This document shows, in pieces, positions 39,536 through 49,492 of a stretch of DNA of 64,000 nucleotides (the first letter of the stretch is position 1; each line of letters opens with the position of its first letter). The notes below the pieces were generated by a model. It saw only the letters and a program-made list of their open reading frames with translations. It was not told where the DNA came from and searched no databases. This DNA comes from a virus (lineage: Duplodnaviria > Heunggongvirae > Uroviricota > Caudoviricetes): IMG/VR virus record IMGVR_UViG_3300029305_001878, positions 64,001-128,000 of that record. The stretch is one strand, 5' to 3'. The position numbers were made by a program, and so were the translations under genes.

Positions 39536-41230
39536 CTTATTGTCTTCTTCTTCTTTAATATAATACAATCCATATTCAAAAGCAGAAAACTTATCTTTCT
39601 TAATGCCTTTATTAGCCTATTTGAGAATAATGTTTACGCCTTCATTTTCTTCACGTAAATTCATCATCTCTTCTTTTAATATGGATGTTAAACTAAAAGG
39701 TTTTAAATATTCTGCCCTTTTTTCTGGAGTCATTTGCTAACCCATTTTTGTACCTAATAATTTTATTTTCGCGGCACGTTCATCAATAAGCATTTTAACC
39801 TTACCGGAAGAAAGTTGAGATTGTACATTCGCGTGCGCTTCTGTATTAATTGGCGCATTTGCTTTTATAATATAAACTGCGTCTTGTTCACAATTATTAG
39901 TTCTATATTTCTTATAATCTCCATCTGGGTCATTATAAATTCCAAAATCAGGATAAGTATCTCCATCATCTGGATTAATCTATGTTTTTACTAGATAATC
40001 TACTAATCCAATACCTAAACCATTACCGTCAATAATTAATCTTTTTGCATTATATTTATAAAATAATTTCTTTAATTCAATACACTGTTCTTCAAAATGT
40101 TCATTTGATATTGTATATATATTAACTAAAGTTTTAATAGATGCGCCTTGCGGCTATGGAGTGACCTTAAAAACGCATACGACAGTATCGCATCCTTTAC
40201 GTCCCACATCGCAAGATAAAATATAAAAACTATTTTTATTAGAACGTCCAGATGCTTCATATTCAGGTTGTTTTAATATTCTATTTCGTTCAAAAACTTC
40301 TGAACTGAAAAAAGCATCTTCTACAGTTCCAGACCATTTAGACTCATATTCTCTATCAAATGAAGCCTCGTTGTAAGTACCCTCATTTTTTTGGTCAGTA
40401 ATAAATGTTTTCTATTGTAATCCAACAGCAACAGGCGTTCGCCAAGTACCACCTAAAACTATACATCGGTCAGGTTGTGTAATCATACGAACTAATAAAC
40501 CAATTAATCTATCATAAGGGTAAGTATTTTTGTATCCAGCAGTAGTAATATAAATTTGACTTTTATTAACGGCCTCTTCCTCGTGCGTTGAACCATCAGC
40601 GGCACGTCTTGGGATAGCCATAACAGGAATAATAACTTCGCGCAATGTAGTATCATCGATACCAACACATTCTTCCATTAAACCCCCGTGTCTACGCTAA
40701 CCACGAGAACTCTCTCTCGCCGCAAGGTTATCAAGTTGAGAACCATTTTTAAATTTATAAACTACTCTATCTTTACCTTCTAAAGTTTTTCCTCGACCCC
40801 AATCAATTTCTCGAGAAAAACTTGGAATTAATCTACATATTTCTTGAACTTTATCGTGAAGAATACTAGCACCTTGTTCTTTACCTCCAGATGTAACAAA
40901 TAAATGTACTCCAGGATATAAAATACATCTAATCATAAGTGCCATAACTGATAGAAAAGATTTAGAGTAAGCGCGAGGGAATACCGCGTACACATACTAA
41001 AAACGCATAACGCAGCGCAAAAAAACTCTTTGATAAAAATAAAATTTAAATTCTCCTGGTTTTTCTTCTGTGCGCGTTCCTCGTACCATAAAATCAACAA
41101 ATAAATCTGGATATTCTCTCCAAAAGGCTGTATATTGTCTAATTACAGGTAAAACGGCTCGGACACGCTCTTCAGACAAACCAACCTTTTTTCGTTGGAC
41201 AGATAAATCTAATAAATTAGATAAAGCCAT
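39536..41230 (-). CDS. terminase large subunit (~564 codons, at least 4 TAG)
   Basis: ATG 41228-41230 with AAGGA RBS. Co-frame (2) ORFs 40997..41230, 40697..40993 and 40412..40678 are separated only by TAG (40997, 40697, 40412 verified). The frame continues with sense sequence (…KTFITDQKNEGTYNEASFDREYESKWSG…) to TAA 39536-39538. The C-terminal region has an RNaseH-like nuclease character. Confidence 0.55.
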
Positions 41231-42438
41231 TAAATTTCATCCTTTATCATAAACATATTTTCATCTTCTTCAATTTGTCCTTCGATAAATTCATTAAAAT
41301 CTTCAAAATCTTTATCAACAAGAGTTCTATCCAAATCTTCATAAGATAATTCAATATCATCTACGATATCAAACTCTTCATTTGCTTTTGCGTCTTCATC
41401 TTCTTTGGCATTTTGTTTTAATGCCATTTCAATCATACTACTTAAATTAGTTTCTTCTTCAATTAAAGTTCTTGTATATCTTTGCATATCTTGAATAGTA
41501 AAATCAACTTTGTCATTTGGCTATTCAATATAGTATCTTTCAATATATCCTTCTTTTTCACACATTTCAATTAATTCTCCAACAGAATCAACAAATTCAC
41601 CCTATTCGGCTTTGTTTTGAGCAGCAGTAAATTTACCAGACTTCATAAGTCCATCATACATTTTAATCATCTTTTGCGCTCCATCAACATCACCAAGGTC
41701 AAGTAGTTGATTTGCTTTAAGCGATGTTTTGCAAATTAATTTTAATGTATCAATATGACCTGCGGTTTGAATATCATATGACCCCATCATTTCTTCATAT
41801 AACTATTCAAGTCGAACCCATTCTTCAGGTCTATAAGTTTTTCCCCATTTTAATCTTAAATAAGTTCTATCTTCATCAGTTAAATCGTCATTAAAATTTG
41901 TTTCATTATCTCTATCAAAATAATCTTCTTCTTCAAAAGTTATATCATTTTGTTCTAAACGAGGAGAGGAAGGAGGTGGAGGCGGCAATAACTCTTCACT
42001 TGGTATAGCATAATCTTGACGGTCAAGCGCAAGCGCAATCTCATTATCATCATAACCTTGCTACATCATAGTGATTTTAAGTTTATTTGCGGCCATTTCT
42101 TTTAGATGTTCATTATCTTTCCATCTATAATCTTTATATTGTTTTAATTTCATCTTGGATAAATATCTACCAAGAATAGTTGTTCCTGTTAGTTTGGTTT
42201 TATCTTTGGCATATTTTACCATCAATTTCTACCATTCTTCTGGAACCCAAGGAATATCAACTTCCTATAAAATCCATAAAAAAGTTTCTGGATTAAAATT
42301 ATCAACGTGTCTTGTTATACATTTCTTACATTCGGGTAATTTACCATTTGGCGGATATTTTTCAGTGTTATATGAAGTGTAAAACTGTTCTTCCGCCATT
42401 GTTCTATTACAAGTTTTACAATAACATTGATTTGACAT
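41230..42438 (-). CDS. terminase small subunit candidate (~400 codons, N-terminal zinc ribbon, acidic C-terminus, 7 TAG)
   Basis: ATG 42436-42438 with AAGGAAAGTAGGG RBS. Frame 1 was translated continuously through TAGs at 42223, 42265, 42061, 41803 and 41602 into ORF 41230..41487. N-terminus MSNQCYCKTCNRT…CKKC. Confidence 0.45.
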
Positions 42439-42440
42439 AA

Positions 42441-43500
42441 TTATCCCTACTTTCCTTTAGAATTGCGGCAACATTTACAAATACTATATAAATTATCTTT
42501 GCTGGTTTTATTTTTACTAAAATATTTATTATGGGCTAATTTAATTTGCCCACATCTAGAGCATTTCTTAAATTTACCTTTTTCAACATTAGTATAGTAC
42601 CAATACAAATATTCATCTTCTGCGGTCGACGCAATTAATTTAGGAATTTTATTTCGCCATAAACTTGAAATATACTCAAGACTATGTTTAATACCAAATT
42701 CCATTTGTAAAATTTGCTAAATATCAATATTTTGCATACCATCGATTTTACATTCAACAATTCTCATATATAAAGGATAGTCGGCTAATGCTTTATCACA
42801 TATATTTTCAAAATCATAAATGAGATACCAAGTATCTCCTTCAAACTAATCCCAACTATCTTGCTTTAAACGAGAATAATTGCAAAGTATTGCTGAACAA
42901 ATTTCTGGATTTAATAAACTAACTCCTTCTGGAATTGGATATCCGTCTTCATCAAAACGATAAGTAGTATCTTCTAATTTTAATGAGTATTTAGAACGAG
43001 TTAATTTAGTAGGAATAATAGGTTGTCTATAAGAATTTTTTATTAAATATTGGTCTTTGCGCATTTCAATTAATGCTTTTTTTATTGTAAAGGCATCTTT
43101 ACCTTCAGTTACTTTGAGTTTCGCATCCCAAACATCTATGGCTTCGCGCAATTGTTTTAATGGAGGAATTTCTTCTATATCTTTTTTAGTTATTGTTATC
43201 TTTGGTTGAAATATTACATTTTTATTATTAGTTATTAAATTATATATACCATCTTCGCCATTTTCAAGTTGGGAAACAAGACCCTCAAAAGAAGTTTCTC
43301 TTTTATTAACAGTAGTCATTCTATTGTCAGTGAGAATTTTCTTTTCTTTTTTTTCTTGTTTCTCCATACAAAGAATTAAGTAGTCTGCTAAAATCTCCAA
43401 ATATTTTTCATTTGGTTCAGGATTTTCTTCCAAAATCTTTTTGACTAATTCGTTTCTTTCTTCAGGAGTCTATAAAGAATAATCTAATTTAATCAATTTT
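42441..43500 (-). CDS. first gene of the leftward late operon: hypothetical protein with C-terminal Cys4 zinc ribbon (TAG-containing)
   Basis: ORFs 42846..43433 and 42447..42704 are co-frame (0) and joined by TAG. Likely start near 43490-43500, after a GGGAGG RBS. TAA at 42441. Confidence 0.35.
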
Positions 43501-43519
43501 TTATTCGCCTCCCAATCTA

Positions 43520-43600
43520 TGGTTATTTTATCACAAAAAAATAGAAATGTCAAATTTTACGTTGACTTTTTTTAGAAAAAATGTTATAATATTTGTATAA
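43520..43600. promoter_or_regulatory. divergent promoter pair at the module boundary
   Basis: Minus strand: TTGACA-N17-TAAAAT (read from ~43560 leftward). Plus strand: TTGACT-N17-TATAAT (43566-43596), feeding gene 43624. Confidence 0.45.
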
Positions 43601-43623
43601 AATAATGAAGGAAGTTTAAATTA

Positions 43624-44055
43624 ATGTTTTTTTTAATTGCGGTTTTTATACTTTTATTGTTAGGTATAATTTTATATAATATAGATAAAATAGTCTATGA
43701 AGAAATAGAAATAGATGCGGTTTATGGTGAAGTAATATATGGAAATGAGTTTAAAAAGATTGTTATAGATTTAACAAAATTGCCCAAAGACAAAATAGTA
43801 GGAGTCACGTATTTTGTAAAAGAGGACGAGCAATCTATGACAGATAAAATCGCAAACGGCATTTTGAATACTTTAGAAAAAGAATATAACTATAAATTTA
43901 ATGCTGAAGATAGGATAGGGGCTTTAGCAGAAATTAAAAGTTTTAAAAAAGTATCCGCTCCTAAATTATTTTATATGAAAAATGCGGTTTTATTATAGAA
44001 TCGTTTTACAAAAAGATATGTTTTGGAAGGAGAAACTAGAGAATGGACCCAGTAA
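43624..44055 (+). CDS. membrane protein (N-terminal TM), with TAG at 43996 read through to TAA 44053
   Basis: ORF 43624..43998 ends in TAG, and the frame continues for 19 codons. If TAG is a stop here, the gene ends at 43998 instead. Confidence 0.4.
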
Positions 44056-44246
44056 TTGGCCTTTTATGGTGCATTATGGCTCTCTTAATTGGAACGCAAT
44101 ACGCGCAAGTATGTGCTGGATTAAAATGGTATATGGCAATATTTGTATGTGTAATATTTTTTGTATGCGCTCCTGCGTTTATTATTGTACAAATTGCTGA
44201 AGCAATACTCGATGCTATTTTACCGGAAGGATGGGATGAGCAATGA
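44043..44246 (+). CDS. small two-TM membrane protein (67 aa)
   Basis: GAAGGAG RBS and an intact ORF. Hydrophobic segments. TGA stop overlaps the next ATG (ATGA). Confidence 0.45.
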   Translation: MDPVIGLLWCIMALLIGTQYAQVCAGLKWYMAIFVCVIFFVCAPAFIIVQIAEAILDAILPEGWDEQ

Positions 44247-44629
44247 AAAAACCATATGCAATAATTGAAGTAGGTATAGATAGTGGGCGATTGGCTTATT
44301 TTGAAGATGACCACCCTGAAATATGGTATAATTCTGATATCTACTGGTTTAATAAAAGAGATGAAATGAGCGAGGAAGAATATTAGGAATATCATTTTAC
44401 TATTTATGATTTGACTAAATATTATGATGAAGTTTTTGTTTGCAGTTTTCGTTCAGTTTTAAGATTTGTTGAAGGCGAAGAAAATCCGATAGTGGTGGAT
44501 AGTTTATCAAGACGTGGTGTTGCAGTGCGTTATGGTACTGAAGATACAAAGATTATTCTTAATCCTATGAAAGAACCTTATAAGTCACCTTATGAGGATG
44601 ATGATGAAGAAGAAAACAGTTGTTGTTGA
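44243..44629 (+). CDS. hypothetical protein (128 codons) with in-frame TAG at 44384
   Basis: ATG 44243 is in the same frame as ORF 44411..44629, which has only a TTG pseudo-start. They are separated only by TAG. Confidence 0.45.
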
Positions 44630-44894
44630 GGTTGGTGTATGGGCAGATAGATTAACCTATTTTGCCCAAAACCACCATATTTTAGAAACTGCAGATTTTA
44701 GAACGTTTCCCTCATCTTATAGAATGACGAAAGCGCAAGAAGATGAGTATTATGAATTTTGTAAAAAAATAGATGATGAATATGTTGAACAATATATCTG
44801 TAAACCGCAATATATTTATCATATTTGTTTTAAAGAAGGATATGATTGTACCTATTCTTGTGGAGAAATAGTATGGCAAAGAGATGGTGGTTAA
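44598..44894 (+). CDS. hypothetical Cys-containing protein
   Basis: ORF 44592..44894 with TAA stop. Confidence 0.35.
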   Translation: MMMKKKTVVVEVGVWADRLTYFAQNHHILETADFRTFPSSYRMTKAQEDEYYEFCKKIDDEYVEQYICKPQYIYHICFKEGYDCTYSCGEIVWQRDGG

Positions 44895-45558
44895 TTACAG
44901 AAGGATATCAGGATGATTTTAGAGAGGAATGGCGAAAAGCGCATCCTAATGAATAGACTCCTGGATATCGATTATATAAATTGCGCGCAAAACAGTATCG
45001 CCAAGGAGAACATGAATATAATGGGGTTAAAGTTCCTTGTACTTTTCTTGATCCATTAAGTGAAGAAGATTTAAAATTAGAAAAAGAACTCGAAAAAGCG
45101 CAAGCAGATTATAGACTTCAAGAAGAGTTGTATATTGTTGATAGGGTTTATAGTGAAATTGGCTGGGAAGAGTTTTTATTAGATAGAGATAACTGTTATT
45201 ACAGGGATATGATAAAAGTTTTAACTGATTATTATATCCCATGTGGGAGCGCAGACGCACAATGTAGTTTTAATTGTCCAGTATATGGGGTGTGTAAAGG
45301 CAATGTCGAGGAAATGTAGAAACGTAAAGAAACAATTATCGAAAAGTTTGTGGCGGCAGGACTTAAAAATGAAGTATTTGTACCCGAGCAAGGAAGATAA
45401 TTGGGAAGTTTTTCAAAGAGTTGCTAATGGTGGTGGCTATTATTGTCCCAGAGATAGACATAGTATATTTGATATTATATATGATATTGTAGATAAACAT
45501 TTAAATGGATTAGAATGCGAGCATAGTATAGATGGAATAAAGGAGTTATATTTCAAGA

Positions 45559-45870
45559 ATGGCTAAGAAGATTTATAAATATGAACTTGGGGTCGATGGC
45601 GGTATAGTCACTATTAAGAATTGTTTTAGTAGGATTATTAAAGTAATGGCGCAAAATGGTTGGCCCTACATTTGGATGGAGATTGATGAAGAAAACTATG
45701 ATGAAAGTGAAATTAATATCACCGCCATTGGGACTGGATGGGACTACGATGATGATGCCGGCGTCTATGTTGATTCTGTTATTGATAGAAGCGGCTATGT
45801 ATGGCATTACTTTGTGGATAATCCCATGTTTTTAAGTAAACAAGAAAAAAGTAGATGGAATAGTATTTAA
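45559..45870 (+). CDS. hypothetical acidic protein (103 aa)
   Basis: AAGGAG RBS, intact ORF and TAA stop. A strong terminator follows downstream. Confidence 0.5.
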   Translation: MAKKIYKYELGVDGGIVTIKNCFSRIIKVMAQNGWPYIWMEIDEENYDESEINITAIGTGWDYDDDAGVYVDSVIDRSGYVWHYFVDNPMFLSKQEKSRWNSI

Positions 45871-45967
45871 GTTATCAAAAAGCTATGAATAATTTATTTA
45901 CTGGTGGATATGTGGAAAATGGTAGTAGTGGAATCTTAATAAAAGAGCCGAACATAATCCTATAACG

Positions 45968-46000
45968 GTCTCGTGGGTGTGTGCCCACGAGATTTTTTTA
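45968..46000 (+). terminator. intrinsic terminator ending the 43.6-45.9 kb plus-strand module
   Basis: ctcgtgggtgtgtgcccacgag hairpin plus T7. Confidence 0.6.
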
Positions 46001-46297
46001 TCGTTATTCGAAATTTAAAATAATTTCTCGTAATCCGAAATCTAAAAATGATTTCAAGATTGTTTTGGTCAGGCGAAAGACTTTAACACATTAAAGAAAA
46101 AAATTTTCACGAAACCCACCCCCCCCTGTATCTGAAAAAACTATACAAAAAGTATTGACAATATTTCAGAAAAAACTATGCTTCCTTTCACCTAGCACCC
46201 CTATCAATCAGCGGCGCGTCCAGGGGCCACACGCGCCGAATTTCAATAGTTTAAACGATTTCCCACTTTTCTTTAACGAATTAAAGTGCTAAAGTCA

Positions 46298-46485
46298 AAC
46301 AAACGTTTTTCCCGAATCCGCACTTCATTTGACTAAATCGTTAAAGAATACACTAAAAACTAAAACAAACGATTTTCCCGATTCCAAACTTCATTTGACT
46401 AAATCGCTAAAGAATACGCTAATTATTAAAACAAACGATTCTCCCCTTTTTCTTTATTTGACTAAATCGTTAAAGTCGCGCACGA
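46298..46485. repeat. about 63-bp tandem repeat x3 (core TTCATTTGACTAAATCGYTAAAG) in a ~1-kb non-coding region
   Basis: Units at about 46298-46364, 46365-46430 and 46431-46485. The listed ORF 46329..46586 is just a translation of this repeat. Confidence 0.6.
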
Positions 46486-46582
46486 GCCTTGAGTGCCCTA
46501 ACTTTAGCGAATTAAAGTGCTACAGCAATAAATCGCTAAAGCGTTTGCAGGAAAACTTGCAAAAAAATTTTCCTAAAACCTC

Positions 46583-46698
46583 TTGACAAAAAGCGCACGA
46601 TGTGATACAATAAAGACAGTTAAGAGAGGTACACAAAATAAAAAAAAGAAAAAAAAATAAAAAAAACTCTTGACAAAGTAAACACCATTTGATATAAT
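46583..46698 (+). promoter_or_regulatory. two tandem consensus sigma70 promoters plus the start of a ~150-nt T-poor purine-rich leader
   Basis: TTGACA 46583-88 with TACAAT 46606-11. TTGACA 46670-75 with TATAAT 46693-98. Both have 17-nt spacers. Confidence 0.55.
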
Positions 46699-46857
46699 AA
46701 AGACAGATAAAAGAGATGAGCCAAGGCGGACGAAGTAAGCGAGAGCCGAACCAAGAACGCAAGGTAAAAACAAGACAGGATGTGCCGAGAGTGAGAGGGC
46801 AAAGCCTAAGATGCACAAAGCCACTTGTTGCTCACCAAATGAAAGGAAGTAATTACT

Positions 46858-47235
46858 ATGATGCATACTATTAACGAACTGTACAAAATCGATGGCGCAA
46901 AGTTCTACACCGCCGACTACATCATCAAGCACAACATCCCCAAGGCTAAGTCTTATAATGACACTAATGGCTGGAGCAAGTGTTATGGTTTGGGAACAGA
47001 CAGAGGCACAAAGAACATTCACACTGCTGATGGTGTAAAGGTTGTCTACACCTACGGTGAAAAGACCTACTTTGACACAGCAGAAGAGAGAGATGCCTAC
47101 AGAGTACAGCAGAACATCGCAAGGGCAGAACTTAACAAAAAGAACAAACTGCTCAAGGCTATCAACAGCCATTATCAGACTATGAGCGTTGAAGAACTTG
47201 AGGAAGTGCTAAACAACATCAAAGAGAGAGGTTGA
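46858..47235 (+). CDS. early hypothetical protein (125 aa)
   Basis: AAAGGAAG RBS. TGA stop lies inside a terminator hairpin (gagagagg…cctctctc). Confidence 0.55.
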   Translation: MMHTINELYKIDGAKFYTADYIIKHNIPKAKSYNDTNGWSKCYGLGTDRGTKNIHTADGVKVVYTYGEKTYFDTAEERDAYRVQQNIARAELNKKNKLLKAINSHYQTMSVEELEEVLNNIKERG

Positions 47236-47424
47236 TAAAAACCTCTCTCTTTCTTTGTCTGCGTGAGCGGTCGCCGCACTCCTAAATTCACTACGCTAAA
47301 GTGCTAAACAAATAAAGAGAGAAAAAATATGTAAAAAAAAATAAAAAAAATTTTCCCAAAACTATTGACAAATCCAGAAGTAAATGATATAATAAAGACA
47401 CAAAGAACAAAGGAGAGATACACA

Positions 47425-47664
47425 ATGTATACTATCACCGACACAATGGCAAGACACATCGAATACATCAAGCAGAGCGCAAAGAACTGCGCACTCTATC
47501 TGCGCAAGGACGCTATGGATATTCTGCTCGACAAGGCTTTTCACGCTTACCTTTTTGTATGCTGTGCAAACAACAAGTCTGTTGACTTCACACCTGCTGA
47601 ATTTATCCAGGAGTGCAAGGCAAATGAAAACTTCTTCAATTACTATCTGGCTTACGCTGAATAA
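47425..47664 (+). CDS. early hypothetical protein (79 aa)
   Basis: Promoter TTGACA 47365-70 / TATAAT 47388-93, AAAGGAGAG RBS and ATG 47425. TAA plus hairpin terminator. Confidence 0.55.
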   Translation: MYTITDTMARHIEYIKQSAKNCALYLRKDAMDILLDKAFHAYLFVCCANNKSVDFTPAEFIQECKANENFFNYYLAYAE

Positions 47665-48031
47665 GAGAGTGTGAAAAACACTCTCTTTTCTTTTGTCAGC
47701 GTGATCGGCCACCACAGCCCATACTTCACCCAATTAAAGTGCTAAACAAATAAAGAGAAGAAAAATATGCGGAAAAATAGTTAAAAAAATTTCCTGAAAC
47801 CCCTTGACAACAAGACCATCTTGTGATATACTTAATACATCCAATAGAGAAAGGAACACGAACTATGAAGAAACTAATTCTCGATATCATTACTATTATT
47901 GCGCGATCTGCTTGACTTGGGTTGCGTGGTCTTTCGTGGACATTGTCAGCGATAACTGCGACCCCAATCCACAACACGCAAACATCAATGCTTTTGTGCT
48001 ACTGGTTGATTAAGAAAGAGAGGTAAAAAAA

Positions 48032-48466
48032 ATGAAAGAAATGCTTTTCATCCTTGGTTGTGTATTTGTTACGGTCTTGTTCTTCGCTGCAATCATTTTC
48101 TTCACTGATAGGATTACTGGATGGTACTATGATAATCGGAATAAGAAGCGTGAAAAAGAACATCCTGAATTGTACAAGTTGTTTGATGCGGTCAATGAAA
48201 AATGCAGAGATTGTTGCCGTTGGTATAATGAACAGATTGCACCCAAGAAAAGAGAGATTGACAACATTCTCAAAGATTGGAATTATTACACTAATGAAAG
48301 AAGAGCGCAAAAAGAAGCAGAATTGAAGAAATTGCGCGCAGACCTTCAAATCGCTGAAACAATCGACAAAACTTTGGAAAGTGAACTTGTTGAACTGCGG
48401 GAGCAAACAAAGGACTATGTAAAAGAACATAATGTTGAATGGGCAAAGAAAATGGGCTGGACTTGA
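48032..48466 (+). CDS. early membrane-anchored coiled-coil protein (144 aa)
   Basis: AGAGAGG RBS. N-terminal TM helix FILGCVFVTVLFFAAIIFF. TGA inside hairpin atgggctgg…cagcccat. Confidence 0.5.
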   Translation: MKEMLFILGCVFVTVLFFAAIIFFTDRITGWYYDNRNKKREKEHPELYKLFDAVNEKCRDCCRWYNEQIAPKKREIDNILKDWNYYTNERRAQKEAELKKLRADLQIAETIDKTLESELVELREQTKDYVKEHNVEWAKKMGWT

Positions 48467-48623
48467 CAGCCCATTTTTTTCGTAGTCGGTCACTGACCCC
48501 GGAACTTCAGCGAACTAAAGTGCTAAAGAAAAATAATTGCAAAATATTGAAAAATAGTTGTTGACAAATGCTTCCTAATAGTGTATACTATAGACAGATA
48601 GAAAAGCAAAGGAGATAATAAAA

Positions 48624-48821
48624 ATGATGGATTACAGACACAGCGCATACAATATCTACACCGGCGAGATTATCAACTGCGAGAAGCCCAACTACTTGAA
48701 GCGACAGGTTGCCTACACCGGCAAGGTCAACAAGGACTATTTCAATACCAATAAAGGTGGTTGGAGATGGTCACACGACTTCGGCAAGAAGTGGGAAAGC
48801 GAAGGTTTTCCGACTAAGTGA
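48624..48821 (+). CDS. early small protein (65 aa)
   Basis: Promoter TTGACA ~48562, AAAGGAGA RBS, TGA and a terminator (aaaagggga…tcccctttttt). Confidence 0.5.
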   Translation: MMDYRHSAYNIYTGEIINCEKPNYLKRQVAYTGKVNKDYFNTNKGGWRWSHDFGKKWESEGFPTK

Positions 48822-48922
48822 AAAAGGGGATAAAAAAAATCCCCTTTTTTCTAAAAAAGGTATTGACAAATCAATCAATTGGGTGTATAATAAAGACAGA
48901 TAAAAGAAAGGGGAACACCAAA

Positions 48923-49078
48923 ATGAAAAACAACTACTTCGACACTCTCAACTGGAACTACATCGAAACCTGCGCCGAAGCAGGCATTTCCGTAGACTGC
49001 TACATCGATGATAGCCGCACTTGGATGAAGCAGATCTGGAATGATGGATTTGTAGAAATCCACGAAATTGGGGCTTGA
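48923..49078 (+). CDS. early small protein (51 aa)
   Basis: Promoter TTGACA ~48853 / TATAAT, AAAGGGGAA RBS and ATG 48923. The TGA stop lies inside the ggggcTTGACAaaagcccc hairpin, which is also the next promoter's -35. Confidence 0.45.
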   Translation: MKNNYFDTLNWNYIETCAEAGISVDCYIDDSRTWMKQIWNDGFVEIHEIGA

Positions 49079-49127
49079 CAAAAGCCCCAAGGTATGATAT
49101 ACTTAATACAACAAATAAAGAAAGGAA

Positions 49128-49433
49128 ATGAAAATAATGAAAACTAATAACACTATCAACTTTACCGAAATTTGTAAACTGGATGATATGCTTTGTTTGG
49201 CTGATCTGCCCCACACTTTCTCCCACCTGCACGATGGCTATCAGATTAAGTTCTATGCCGACGGGATGAAAACTATTTATCTTGATGATGTAGTCATTCA
49301 TTCTAGCTCCCACGGTCACGAAAAAGGATTACTTGAAACCTACAATTTGAATGCTTGCTCTGGTTATGAAACCGCTGAACAGGTTTTCAAAAGTTGGGTC
49401 AGATGGTATAAGAAAGCAAATAAAAAGGGTTGA
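49128..49433 (+). CDS. early hypothetical protein (about 98-101 aa)
   Basis: AAAGGAAATG RBS. The second ATG, at 49137, is the likelier start. The TGA stop sits inside the agggTTGACAacttcaaccct hairpin. Confidence 0.5.
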   Translation: MKIMKTNNTINFTEICKLDDMLCLADLPHTFSHLHDGYQIKFYADGMKTIYLDDVVIHSSSHGHEKGLLETYNLNACSGYETAEQVFKSWVRWYKKANKKG

Positions 49434-49492
49434 CAACTTCAACCCTTTATGCTATAATAAAACCATCCAATAGAGAAAGGAAATAAATAAAA

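Noticed and set aside
44981-45566. Overlapping plus ORFs 44981..45319, 45027..45260(-) and 45243..45566
   Set aside because: The starts are ambiguous (TTG pseudo-starts, a weak-RBS ATG at 44917 in another frame, TAG at 45317 with continuation to 45400). I could not settle a gene model without a table-15 re-call, so they are left unannotated except for the clear gene 45559..45870.
400-45900. Interpretation of the late region as a decayed, pseudogenised prophage (many short ORFs under the standard code)
   Set aside because: Fragments are systematically co-frame and interrupted only by TAG, never by TAA or TGA. Starts with perfect SD sites precede in-frame TAGs. Domain continuity is maintained across TAGs. 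Random decay would introduce all three stops and frameshifts.
46329-46586. Plus-strand ORF (85 aa, MTKSLKNTLKTKTNDFP…) in the intergenic region
   Set aside because: It is a translation of the ~63-bp tandem DNA repeat (the peptide itself is repetitive). It has no RBS and lies upstream of the early promoters.
46520-47172. Minus-strand ORFs 46573..47172, 46520..46816 and 46620..46802
   Set aside because: They are antisense to the tandem promoters, leader and first early gene. The peptides are low-complexity and hydrophobic, with no RBS.
47804-48013. 69-aa ORF starting at 47804
   Set aside because: Its start codon is the TTG of the TTGACA -35 box, so it would begin upstream of the transcription start. 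The properly placed ATG 47865 gives only a 16-aa peptide. The region stays unresolved, with a possible micro-ORF or frameshift.
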